Source: a virus
Taxonomy: Duplodnaviria > Heunggongvirae > Uroviricota > Caudoviricetes
IMG/VR virus record: IMGVR_UViG_2778261418_000018
Location: 1 to 36,850 of that record
Direction: 5' to 3' (one strand)
DNA: 36,850 nt
Shown: positions 27,784 through 35,495 of the stretch, piece after piece
Layout of the letters: the number at the start of each line of letters is the position of its first letter
Position numbering within the stretch: position 1 is the first letter of the stretch
Made by a program: the position numbers and the translations under genes
Notes under the pieces: generated by a model
Told to the model about the DNA's origin: nothing
What the model saw: the letters and a program-made list of their open reading frames with translations, nothing else
Database searches by the model: none

Positions 27784-28905
27784 TTACATTTTTTGACTGT
27801 ATTTTCTAATTGTATCCCTACTGACTCCGGTTAAGTCTGATATGGCATGCTGGGATAATTTAGAATTTCTTTTTAGAGTAACTGCAATTTCTTTACGTTC
27901 ATTCCTGTCTAATTCTGATAAACCATCTTTAATGAACGACCCAATCAACTCTTCATCTGAGGAAATACCTAAAGCGACCGAACGTCGGAATTTGTTGATA
28001 GAACGCTCAATATTACTAAAAGATTCATTTTTGAACATAATAGCCAGTAGATCTATCCAACGTGCAAAAATCGCGTAGTCGGGACCCGAAAAGCGTTTAA
28101 TTGCTTCTTTAATACTTTCGCTATCTGGCTTCTCAAAATTGAGCACTAAATCAAAACGTCTCCATAGTGCTGGATCAATCAACTCAGCGAAGTTAGTTGC
28201 AGCAAGTAGCAAACTAGAAGACGGCCATTCGTCAACCTCCTGGAGTATCACGGTAACAAGTCTTTTTAATTCTCCAACATCAGAATCATCACTTCTCTTT
28301 TTGGCGATTGAATCAATTTCATCTAACAGAAGAACGCACGGCCCTTTCTTCGCAAAATCTAGAGCTGCCCGAAGGTTATTTCCGCTTTTGCCCAGATAGC
28401 TGCTCATTACTGCCGTTAAATCAAGAACGTAAAAAGGAACCCCTAATTTCTGAGCTAACCAGCTTGCCGTAAGTGTTTTACCTACACCCGGAGGGCCAAC
28501 AAAAATGGCAGAGCGTGTTGGTTGTAAGCCGAGAGTCTTGAGGCGATCGATGTGCTTCCGCTCAAGAATAATTTGATCCAGTGAGTCTTCTATCTGACTG
28601 GACAGTAGAGGTTTGCTCACAATCTTTTCATTTGGTGCTTTAAGCAAGGTAAGCCTTGACTCCTCGTCCACAGGCATGGTTTGAGGCAGCGCTTGTTTTG
28701 GTGCGGTAACCTTACGCAGGCTTTGTGCAGGCTTTTGCGGTTTATTTCGTAGATAAAGATCAAGCTGCTCGGATAGAGCAGGCATAGTTTCCCGATATTT
28801 ACGCACCAAGCGAGCGACATATAACCGAACGTCATCATACTGTTCAGTTATTACCAGTCTAACTAGTTGGGCTAAATCTGACTGAATACCACCTAAGTCG
28901 CCCAT
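27784..28905 (-). CDS. AAA+ ATPase (classic clade) with possible C-terminal HTH (candidate IetA-like)
   Basis: Walker A GPPGVGKT, Walker B VLLLDEID, sensor-1 LLLAATN, RRFD; C-terminal LSQHAISDLTGVSRDTIRKY. Confidence 0.8.
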   Translation of the reverse strand: MGDLGGIQSDLAQLVRLVITEQYDDVRLYVARLVRKYRETMPALSEQLDLYLRNKPQKPAQSLRKVTAPKQALPQTMPVDEESRLTLLKAPNEKIVSKPLLSSQIEDSLDQIILERKHIDRLKTLGLQPTRSAIFVGPPGVGKTLTASWLAQKLGVPFYVLDLTAVMSSYLGKSGNNLRAALDFAKKGPCVLLLDEIDSIAKKRSDDSDVGELKRLVTVILQEVDEWPSSSLLLAATNFAELIDPALWRRFDLVLNFEKPDSESIKEAIKRFSGPDYAIFARWIDLLAIMFKNESFSNIERSINKFRRSVALGISSDEELIGSFIKDGLSELDRNERKEIAVTLKRNSKLSQHAISDLTGVSRDTIRKYSQKM

Positions 28906-28949
28906 CTTAACTGTAACCTCTTGATTTTAAGTGAATTGAAAAAGCATTT

Positions 28950-28990
28950 AACTGGACTATTTATAGTATTGCACTTTTTTATCAAACAGG
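28950..28990 (-). promoter_or_regulatory. putative sigma-70 promoter for the cargo cassette
   Basis: Minus strand TTGATA - ~15 nt - ATAAAT inside a 180-bp AT-rich spacer between A stop and the ATPase start. Confidence 0.3.
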
Positions 28991-29085
28991 GAAGAGGAAT
29001 ACTATATGAAATTACAGTGTGCCCCATGGAACGTCCTTACCATGTCTAAACTCTACCTTCATACAATTGATGATTTCTTTCTTGG

Positions 29086-31869
29086 TTATTTTTTCTTCTC
29101 GCTATTGCCTTTGTCCTGCAACAGACCCGCCTTGTGACGTGCGCGTTCAGTGGTTTCATTGATTCTCTGTGCGTGCTCTGCGTCACGGATGGCGCGCAGC
29201 ATGTCAGAAAGCACGGTAACGGGGGGGTTCATGGTGTTCTGGTCCTGCTGAAGTGTGGATACCAGGCGTGCGGCGGCTTCGGGGTCTGATGCCCCCAGCT
29301 GTTCCAGATAGCTGGCGACCGGGTTATGGCGGATCTCCGTGCTGCTTACGCCGTGATTACGGCTCAGGCGCTGCCAGAGCTGCGTGATTCGGCTGTCCGG
29401 GCGGGTATCCGGTTTGCGTACAATTTCAAATCCCTGCGGTGCAATGATGCTGCCGTCAACGTACAGGCTGCCGCCCCGTAACAGGTGCTGCATCTGCTGT
29501 TCACCGATATGCAGGCCGAGAGATTCAGCAGATTCCCGCCATTCTTTAGCGAGTAATTCGTGGCTATCAGGCAAAGGCCGCTGCTGTTTGCGGCTCTGTG
29601 TCCAGCTCTGCATTTCATCACTGCTGTTTTTTGCCTGTTTGTCACGCAGCGAACGCATCAGCGCCCGGCGTTCGTGCCGTTTCAGTGAGCGCATCCATTC
29701 ATCCACATCAACGCCGTCAGGAAGCTGCGGCCACGGTGCTGGCCGTTCTTCCGGCTGTTCTGTCCCGTTGTTGTCCGTTTCCTGTACACGGGGACAGTTA
29801 TTGCCACGAGTCCAAGGGGCGGCAGGGCCGCCCTGAAGGTCAAAACCATTTTCGCGGGCGCTGTCTTCCGCTTCCGGTTTACGTCTTACCAGCTTCCAGT
29901 TATCCGGATGTGTGCACACACGGGAAGACTCCCCGATGAGTGGTGACCAGATCCCGTAAATCTGTACGCTCTGTTCGCCGTAATCGTTCAGCTCATCTGC
30001 GAGGTCGTAGGCGGTGCGAATCAGGTAGTCTTTGCGTGGAACAAGTACGCCGCCCTGTTTTTCAATGTAGGAGGCAAAACACCCGGCATCAGCGGCAGCG
30101 AGCACTGCATCCATTGCGTCATCCTTCAGCCGTTGCGGGCCTTCCGGGTTGCGTGCCATCTGGCTGGCAAGGCGGCGCAGTTCACGCCACACCTGACGGG
30201 AGGGGATGCCAAAGAACTGGAACTGGCGGACCCGGTGAAGGCGCGCCCAGCCGATGGCGCGCTCCACGCTCTCGGCCATTGATTTTCCGGTTTCGTGGTC
30301 AACGCGTGGCTTGCCCGTTTTCGGGTCGATACCATCCACGGCGCGGCTGTCCAGGTTCTTTCCGATGTAGGTGGCGATGTAGCTGGTTGGCGTGCCTTTT
30401 GAGCCGTCGACGTACTCCGCTTTAAAACGCGGAGTTATGTCATCGCCCAGCTCGTGGCGGTCTTCCTGAATGGCAATATCGCAGACGTGGGACACGATGG
30501 TTTCAATCTCGTCCGGATGTGCAAAGACCATCATATGCCAGTGCACAGTGCCGTCATGGTGAGGCTCCACCGTGCGGATGCCATACCAGCGAAGACCGTC
30601 GCGGTTCAGTTTTTTGCGGACCGCCGCAAAAAACGTGTTAACCAGGTAATCGCTGGAGTCGCGCATGGTGGCCCCGTTCCATTTGGGATTCGGATGACCG
30701 TTCTCCGTTGTTGCGTGGTATTTTGACGGGCAGGTGACAGTCAGAAACACCGCTCTGTCGCCACGGGCTTCGGCCTGAAGTTCCAGCCCCTTCATGGTGG
30801 CCATCATTTCTGCCTTACGGTGAACCGGGTTACTTACTCCCGCGTAATACACTGTATCGAGATCAATCGTGAACCCGTCTTCGTTTTCCAGCATGAAACT
30901 TTTCAGGAAATCGCGTGTTTTCTCGCGCTGTGCGCGAAACTCGCTTAACGCGTCCTGGCTCAGATAGGGCGATGTTTTTCTGGAAACCAGACAGGCGGCG
31001 CGGAGTTGTTCTTCTCTCCACTTGCAACGTAACAGCCACAGTTTGCGTTTCCACCATTCTGCACAGGTCAGGCGAAGGATTGCGCCCGGCAGCAGCTCCG
31101 TGTCCGGTTCGTTCCTCCGGTCTTTGTCTGTTGTCAGTGCGTCATAATGCGGAGGCATGGCGTGCAGGTGTAACGCCATGCGGGCCAGCATCTGATACGC
31201 CTTCAGCGTTACATCCATGGTCAGCTCGCCATCAGTCGCGCCAAAGCCATCGCAGAGTTTTTCGAAGGTGCTGCTGAACATCGCCGCCGTCATGGTGGCC
31301 AGCGTCTGTATCTGGTGTTTGTTGAGCTGCGGCAGGTAAAGCAAATCATCCAGGCGTTCGCGTCCGGCAAGGGAGCGATAACCCGGTGTCAGCCAGCGGT
31401 GGTCGGTGCGGTCCAGACGTTCGAATATTTTGCGCAGGGTTCCGCGCGCGTAGCGTTCAGCCTGCCAGCTCTTTTTGCCTTTCTGACGATCGGCTTCCTG
31501 CTTCTTGCGCAGAAAAGAGAGGTGGCGGCTCAGAGGTTCACGCAGATAAACGGGAAGCACCTTCAGTGTGGCAAAAGCACGGGCCACCGGGTCTTGTTCT
31601 GTTGCCTGACGCTTGCTGATGATGCTTTGTGTCAGCTTTTCACGCTGTCCGGCTTCCTCAAGGGATGCCATGAGTTTTTTACCCACGGTGGATTGTGCGA
31701 AAAAGGCTTCCTCCTTCGCTTCCTGTTCTTCCAGGGCCTTTTTGTCTGCTTCAAGGTAGTAACGGATGGCGCGTTGCATGTCGGTTTCAGTTTCCTGCCT
31801 GCGCTCCGTAAATCTGGCCGGATCAATGGCTGGCCGTGGTTCATTCCAGCTCCATGCAAACTCACTCAT
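29086..31869 (-). CDS. A: replication initiation endonuclease A (rolling-circle)
   Basis: Large basic protein in the P2 A position; start at ATG 31869 overlapping upstream stop (ATGA). Confidence 0.8.
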   Translation of the reverse strand: MSEFAWSWNEPRPAIDPARFTERRQETETDMQRAIRYYLEADKKALEEQEAKEEAFFAQSTVGKKLMASLEEAGQREKLTQSIISKRQATEQDPVARAFATLKVLPVYLREPLSRHLSFLRKKQEADRQKGKKSWQAERYARGTLRKIFERLDRTDHRWLTPGYRSLAGRERLDDLLYLPQLNKHQIQTLATMTAAMFSSTFEKLCDGFGATDGELTMDVTLKAYQMLARMALHLHAMPPHYDALTTDKDRRNEPDTELLPGAILRLTCAEWWKRKLWLLRCKWREEQLRAACLVSRKTSPYLSQDALSEFRAQREKTRDFLKSFMLENEDGFTIDLDTVYYAGVSNPVHRKAEMMATMKGLELQAEARGDRAVFLTVTCPSKYHATTENGHPNPKWNGATMRDSSDYLVNTFFAAVRKKLNRDGLRWYGIRTVEPHHDGTVHWHMMVFAHPDEIETIVSHVCDIAIQEDRHELGDDITPRFKAEYVDGSKGTPTSYIATYIGKNLDSRAVDGIDPKTGKPRVDHETGKSMAESVERAIGWARLHRVRQFQFFGIPSRQVWRELRRLASQMARNPEGPQRLKDDAMDAVLAAADAGCFASYIEKQGGVLVPRKDYLIRTAYDLADELNDYGEQSVQIYGIWSPLIGESSRVCTHPDNWKLVRRKPEAEDSARENGFDLQGGPAAPWTRGNNCPRVQETDNNGTEQPEERPAPWPQLPDGVDVDEWMRSLKRHERRALMRSLRDKQAKNSSDEMQSWTQSRKQQRPLPDSHELLAKEWRESAESLGLHIGEQQMQHLLRGGSLYVDGSIIAPQGFEIVRKPDTRPDSRITQLWQRLSRNHGVSSTEIRHNPVASYLEQLGASDPEAAARLVSTLQQDQNTMNPPVTVLSDMLRAIRDAEHAQRINETTERARHKAGLLQDKGNSEKKK

Positions 31870-32255
31870 GGCTGGTATCCCGTCACGTGCTGCCACTCCA
31901 GCGAGAAGAGGGTGGAAAGGCGGTTAAATTCAGCGGTGTATTCACTCAGCGAGGCACACCCGCCAGCAGTGCGATGCGCCAGCATTGCCGCAAATATGGA
32001 GGCCGGGGAGTCGTAATACGCCAGCAGTGATTCGCCGTGTGGTGTCAGGCAGTGCAACGCCAGCCCATGTGGTGTGAAGTCCACGCGGTAGCAGTCGTCT
32101 ACTGTGAAATAAAGGGTGTCTGCATTCTCCGGTTTTGTGGTGCGTGCTCTGTTGTCACGACCACGGATGTAGAGATCAAATAATCCCTGAAGAACGGGAG
32201 CCATACGGGTGTCCTGTGTGCGCACCCATCTTGTGAAGTCATGAGCGTCAATCAT
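31866..32255 (-). CDS. hypothetical early protein (129 aa)
   Basis: ORF translationally coupled to A. Confidence 0.5.
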   Translation of the reverse strand: MIDAHDFTRWVRTQDTRMAPVLQGLFDLYIRGRDNRARTTKPENADTLYFTVDDCYRVDFTPHGLALHCLTPHGESLLAYYDSPASIFAAMLAHRTAGGCASLSEYTAEFNRLSTLFSLEWQHVTGYQP

Positions 32256-32363
32256 GCTGCAATTCTCTCTACTAAGGATGTGCGAAGGCTTCCTGCCAAA
32301 AAACTCAGAAGCGGTCGGTTACAGGAATTGGCGTTCTACGAGTAGTTATTGCTGGCTTGAGGT

Positions 32364-32582
32364 TCATTTCTGTTTAATTCCGTGCATGCTGTAGAAGAAA
32401 TCAAAAGTGTTATCTATGCGTATCATGAGCTCACGCTGCATCGCTTCTGGTGTTTCTGGTTCACCTGGTGAGCCAACGCCCGCGAAGAAATCACCGATCT
32501 CGCTTTGAATAAGTACCTTTAGCGTTGCTGAGGAATTCATGCGTGTGCGGTGATGTCTGCGAGTGATTCTTCTACTGCTCAT
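32364..32582 (-). CDS. hypothetical early protein (72 aa, basic N-terminus)
   Basis: ATGA overlap with upstream ORF. Confidence 0.45.
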   Translation of the reverse strand: MSSRRITRRHHRTRMNSSATLKVLIQSEIGDFFAGVGSPGEPETPEAMQRELMIRIDNTFDFFYSMHGIKQK

Positions 32583-32782
32583 TTGCGTGGATCCTGTACC
32601 TGTCGGATAAGATTCACCCGCGCCACATTAGTGGCGCAGAAGTAAGTGCCGTCAGTGAGATAGATGTGGTGTGCATCCTTTTCTGAGCGGTGTTTGTCGA
32701 TTGTGGTAATCAGGCGTTCGTCGACTTCGTATTCACGTCCTCTGGAGGTGAAACGAACGACAGGAAAATGCTTAATTGCCAT
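32579..32782 (-). CDS. hypothetical early protein (67 aa)
   Basis: Strong RBS AAGGAGG before ATG. Confidence 0.55.
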   Translation of the reverse strand: MAIKHFPVVRFTSRGREYEVDERLITTIDKHRSEKDAHHIYLTDGTYFCATNVARVNLIRQVQDPRK

Positions 32783-32889
32783 TACGCCTCCTTGGGTGTG
32801 CGAATACCTCTGCGAATGCAGATTGTGTTCACATTTTCTTATTTAAGATGGGGTTTTATTTACGCTGTTATTCGCCAGTGAAAAAGCGT

Positions 32890-32982
32890 TCAATCTTTTT
32901 TTACTGAATTAATAATTCGCATAATACCAATTGCACAGACCACCGAAATAATCAGAACAATCCATGATATAAATATACTCAT
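32890..32982 (-). CDS. 30-aa hydrophobic membrane peptide MSIFISWIVLIISVVCAIGIMRIINSVKKD (not in the ORF track)
   Basis: ATG overlaps stop of upstream 80-aa ORF (ATGA); single predicted TM helix with basic C-terminal tail. Confidence 0.5.
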   Translation of the reverse strand: MSIFISWIVLIISVVCAIGIMRIINSVKKD

Positions 32983-33221
32983 GCGATATTTCCCAGTTTG
33001 TACGGCTCAATATGCTCCCCGCATTCTGCGGCGCAGATAAGCTCAGAAAGTTCGTTAAGTGCATCCAGATCGTCAGCGTAAAAAGCCACGTCATACAGAC
33101 TCCGGATAGCCCTGGTCAATGAGTCACGGGCTGCACGTTCTGAATGAGCGCCTGATGCGCTTAAGCGAAAATAAAAACGCTCAAGTGCTTTGTTGATGAG
33201 AGTTTTATATTCTTTATCCAT
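32979..33221 (-). CDS. hypothetical early protein (80 aa)
   Basis: ORF in early operon. Confidence 0.5.
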   Translation of the reverse strand: MDKEYKTLINKALERFYFRLSASGAHSERAARDSLTRAIRSLYDVAFYADDLDALNELSELICAAECGEHIEPYKLGNIA

Positions 33222-33232
33222 CGCAACACCCT

Positions 33233-33511
33233 TTAATCTGCTTTCTGAATTTCAGCTTCTGAATCCATGCAGATAATTTCGATATAGGGTTCATCGCCAT
33301 TAACCTGACGAGATTTTTCGGCTTCGCTAATTATTTCGCGAATGGTCTGGTACGGAAGCTCTACAGTCAGGCGTGTACCGTTCAGATAAACGTAGGTAGC
33401 TGCGTTTTTTTCAGATGGAACTACTCCGTCAATAGCTGATGCGCGTAATAACAGTTCACCGCGAAAATCAATAAAGCGGATAAATACACCTTGTGCATGG
33501 TCTTTAGTCAT
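33233..33511 (-). CDS. hypothetical early protein (92 aa)
   Basis: Start at ATG 33511 (MTKDHAQG) with RBS AGGTG. Confidence 0.5.
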   Translation of the reverse strand: MTKDHAQGVFIRFIDFRGELLLRASAIDGVVPSEKNAATYVYLNGTRLTVELPYQTIREIISEAEKSRQVNGDEPYIEIICMDSEAEIQKAD

Positions 33512-33521
33512 AAAGCACCTG

Positions 33522-33872
33522 TTATAAATCAGCCTGTTTAATAAAACTTTGCCCACGAAGCAGACGATCGACTGAGCGCAGTGCTTCGTACAATGTGAAA
33601 TCCTGCCCGAACTGATTATCGCCGCTGCTTAATGCAAAAATGCGGTTTCCGGTAAACGGATTGCGTGGGCATCTGTGAACCACGATTCCAGCTTTCTCAA
33701 TCAGCCAGGTGTGTTCGCCGATTTGTGTTACTGCGTGCCCATCTGGTGTTGCGTGCGTCTCGTTCAGGTTATAGCGACTGTTACTACGTGATGCACTGGT
33801 AGCGACGTGGTGTACATGGCGTTCTACGCCATTACGAAATTTGAAGTATGGATTATTAGCATTTTTTTTCAT
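33522..33872 (-). CDS. hypothetical early protein (116 aa)
   Basis: ORF in early operon. Confidence 0.5.
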   Translation of the reverse strand: MKKNANNPYFKFRNGVERHVHHVATSASRSNSRYNLNETHATPDGHAVTQIGEHTWLIEKAGIVVHRCPRNPFTGNRIFALSSGDNQFGQDFTLYEALRSVDRLLRGQSFIKQADL

Positions 33873-33893
33873 GATGATGCTCTGTTCATTGTT

Positions 33894-34097
33894 TTAGCTG
33901 TTAGCCAAAGCGTCTTTTAACATCGCCACAAGGTTTACTTCAGGCTTTTCCATTTTGGCGCGTTTGGGGCGGATAATAATTCGACCGTCAGCCAACATCT
34001 TTTTGCATGTATTAAAAGGGATACCTGTTATCTCTGCATATTTCTGCAGGGATACATAGGGGGCATTCACATGGATATTGATGGTTATACCTGACAT
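33894..34097 (-). CDS. Cox/Apl-like small HTH DNA-binding protein
   Basis: APYVSLQKYAEITGIPFNTCKKMLADGRI resembles P2 Cox IPYQEFAKLIGKSTGAVRRMIDKGKL (as recalled). Confidence 0.55.
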   Translation of the reverse strand: MSGITINIHVNAPYVSLQKYAEITGIPFNTCKKMLADGRIIIRPKRAKMEKPEVNLVAMLKDALANS

Positions 34098-34113
34098 CCC
34101 ACTAGCCTCGTGA

Positions 34114-34320
34114 TCAGGAAGATTTGTTTTGTTCTTTCTGGGTTAGCTCTAGGCCGCGAAGGAAGATCATGCGCGCCATGTTAGAGGATGAGCGTTGTTC
34201 TTTAGCTGCCATTTCATCAATGACGGCTCGCTCCTCGAGTGACAGCCGAAGTGCCAGTCTTGGACCTGTGGCGGTGTTACGCGGAATGCGTGATCTGGTA
34301 TCGTGAAGAACTTGTTTCAT
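34114..34320 (-). CDS. ribbon-helix-helix type small regulator, first gene of the lytic (early) operon
   Basis: LRLSLEERAVIDEMAAKEQRSSSNMARMIFLRGL fits beta-strand/helix/helix RHH pattern. Confidence 0.5.
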   Translation of the reverse strand: MKQVLHDTRSRIPRNTATGPRLALRLSLEERAVIDEMAAKEQRSSSNMARMIFLRGLELTQKEQNKSS

Positions 34321-34395
34321 AGTGGTATATTGTGATCATCTAATAGCTCGTGAAATCATTTTGGTATCAAAAAAGATACCTGTCAAGGTTTTTGT
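34321..34395. promoter_or_regulatory. immunity switch region with divergent promoters and operator dyads
   Basis: 75-bp spacer between divergent early and repressor genes; dyad GGTATC-AAAAAA-GATACC at 34363..34380, TGATCA palindrome at 34332..34337. Confidence 0.55.
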
Positions 34396-34800
34396 ATGAA
34401 AAATGATATTGGTCAGCGGTTGCGTGAGGAAAGGGAAAGATTGGGACTTAGTCAAGTTGCTATGAGCGACATTGGTGGAGTCAAAAAGCTAACTCAGCTT
34501 AGATATGAGAAAGGAGATAGCTTTCCTGATGCTGCGTATTTGGCAGCGCTGTCTCGTTTTGGCCTTGATGTTCAGTATGTTGTGTTGGGAATTCACTCAC
34601 CTGAAACTTATAACGATGATGAGCAGGAGCTGATTACTCGCTTTCGAGCAGCTTCGTTAGATGTGAAAAACGCCGTGATCGGGGCTTTAAAAGGTGCGAT
34701 CAGTGAAAAGGAAACTCAGCCATCAGGACGTGAGTTAAATATTTCTGGTGGTAATAACCGTATCGCTGGTCGTGACTATAACGAAACTAAGGGTAGGTGA
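34396..34800 (+). CDS. immunity repressor, XRE/CI-type HTH
   Basis: IGQRLREERERLGLSQVAMSDIGGVKKLTQLRYEKG HTH; position upstream of int as for P2 C. Confidence 0.8.
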   Translation: MKNDIGQRLREERERLGLSQVAMSDIGGVKKLTQLRYEKGDSFPDAAYLAALSRFGLDVQYVVLGIHSPETYNDDEQELITRFRAASLDVKNAVIGALKGAISEKETQPSGRELNISGGNNRIAGRDYNETKGR

Positions 34801-34815
34801 TAGTAGGGAGGTGAC

Positions 34816-35466
34816 ATGGCCGTCAACTCAAACGGTTCAAACAATCGCGTTGCTGGACGTGATTTTCACGAAAAGAATATTCAGATAGCGCGATATGATG
34901 GTTCTCATACCGTCAATATCGCAATCCCTTCGAATAATGATGATGACGATCGCCCTTTGCTTAAGGCTCAGCGTAAGGAGTTAAATAGCTTGGTTGCTGC
35001 TATTGCAGAAGCTAGCAATACTGAAGCGTTTATTATTTGGCAAAAAGTACATGCGGAGATTGGTGTAGCTGGTATTGATGATATGGCAGTAAATCAATAT
35101 AAAACAGCGGAGAGTTTTCTGCATGCAATGCTTGAGCGATGTAAAGATCATGATGCCTGTAAGACTCTTGTAAGTTTATTACTACGTAACAGTGAAGACT
35201 GTGGACTTCGACAAAAACTTCTGCGGTATTGCCATATCAATTTCGGTACAGGACGTTTAAACGATCTTACTCGTTCTCAGTTACAGTCTGCATTGTCGTG
35301 GTTAGAGCAACAATCGGTATCAAGCCATACAGAGAATTCGACCTTACCAGAAGTCCGACTTCGTGCTTCAGAATTAATCCGACTTTATCCAAAAGAAATA
35401 ATATTCTTTATCTGCGTAGGGGTTTTGGTAGGCGGTGCCATTTCTAGGGTGTTTTTTAATTTGTAA
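34816..35466 (+). CDS. membrane-anchored protein of unknown function (C-terminal TM helix), lysogenic-operon cargo
   Basis: 216 aa; C-terminus EIIFFICVGVLVGGAISRVFF; N-terminus repeats a motif from the repressor C-terminus. Confidence 0.6.
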   Translation: MAVNSNGSNNRVAGRDFHEKNIQIARYDGSHTVNIAIPSNNDDDDRPLLKAQRKELNSLVAAIAEASNTEAFIIWQKVHAEIGVAGIDDMAVNQYKTAESFLHAMLERCKDHDACKTLVSLLLRNSEDCGLRQKLLRYCHINFGTGRLNDLTRSQLQSALSWLEQQSVSSHTENSTLPEVRLRASELIRLYPKEIIFFICVGVLVGGAISRVFFNL

Positions 35467-35495
35467 TCTTACTTGAGCTAAATTGAGGTAATGAT

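Noticed and set aside
29384-30425. Several plus-strand ORFs (150, 113, 161 aa) inside gene A
   Set aside because: Antisense to the replication gene; Arg/Cys/Ser-rich translations characteristic of spurious GC-rich frames.
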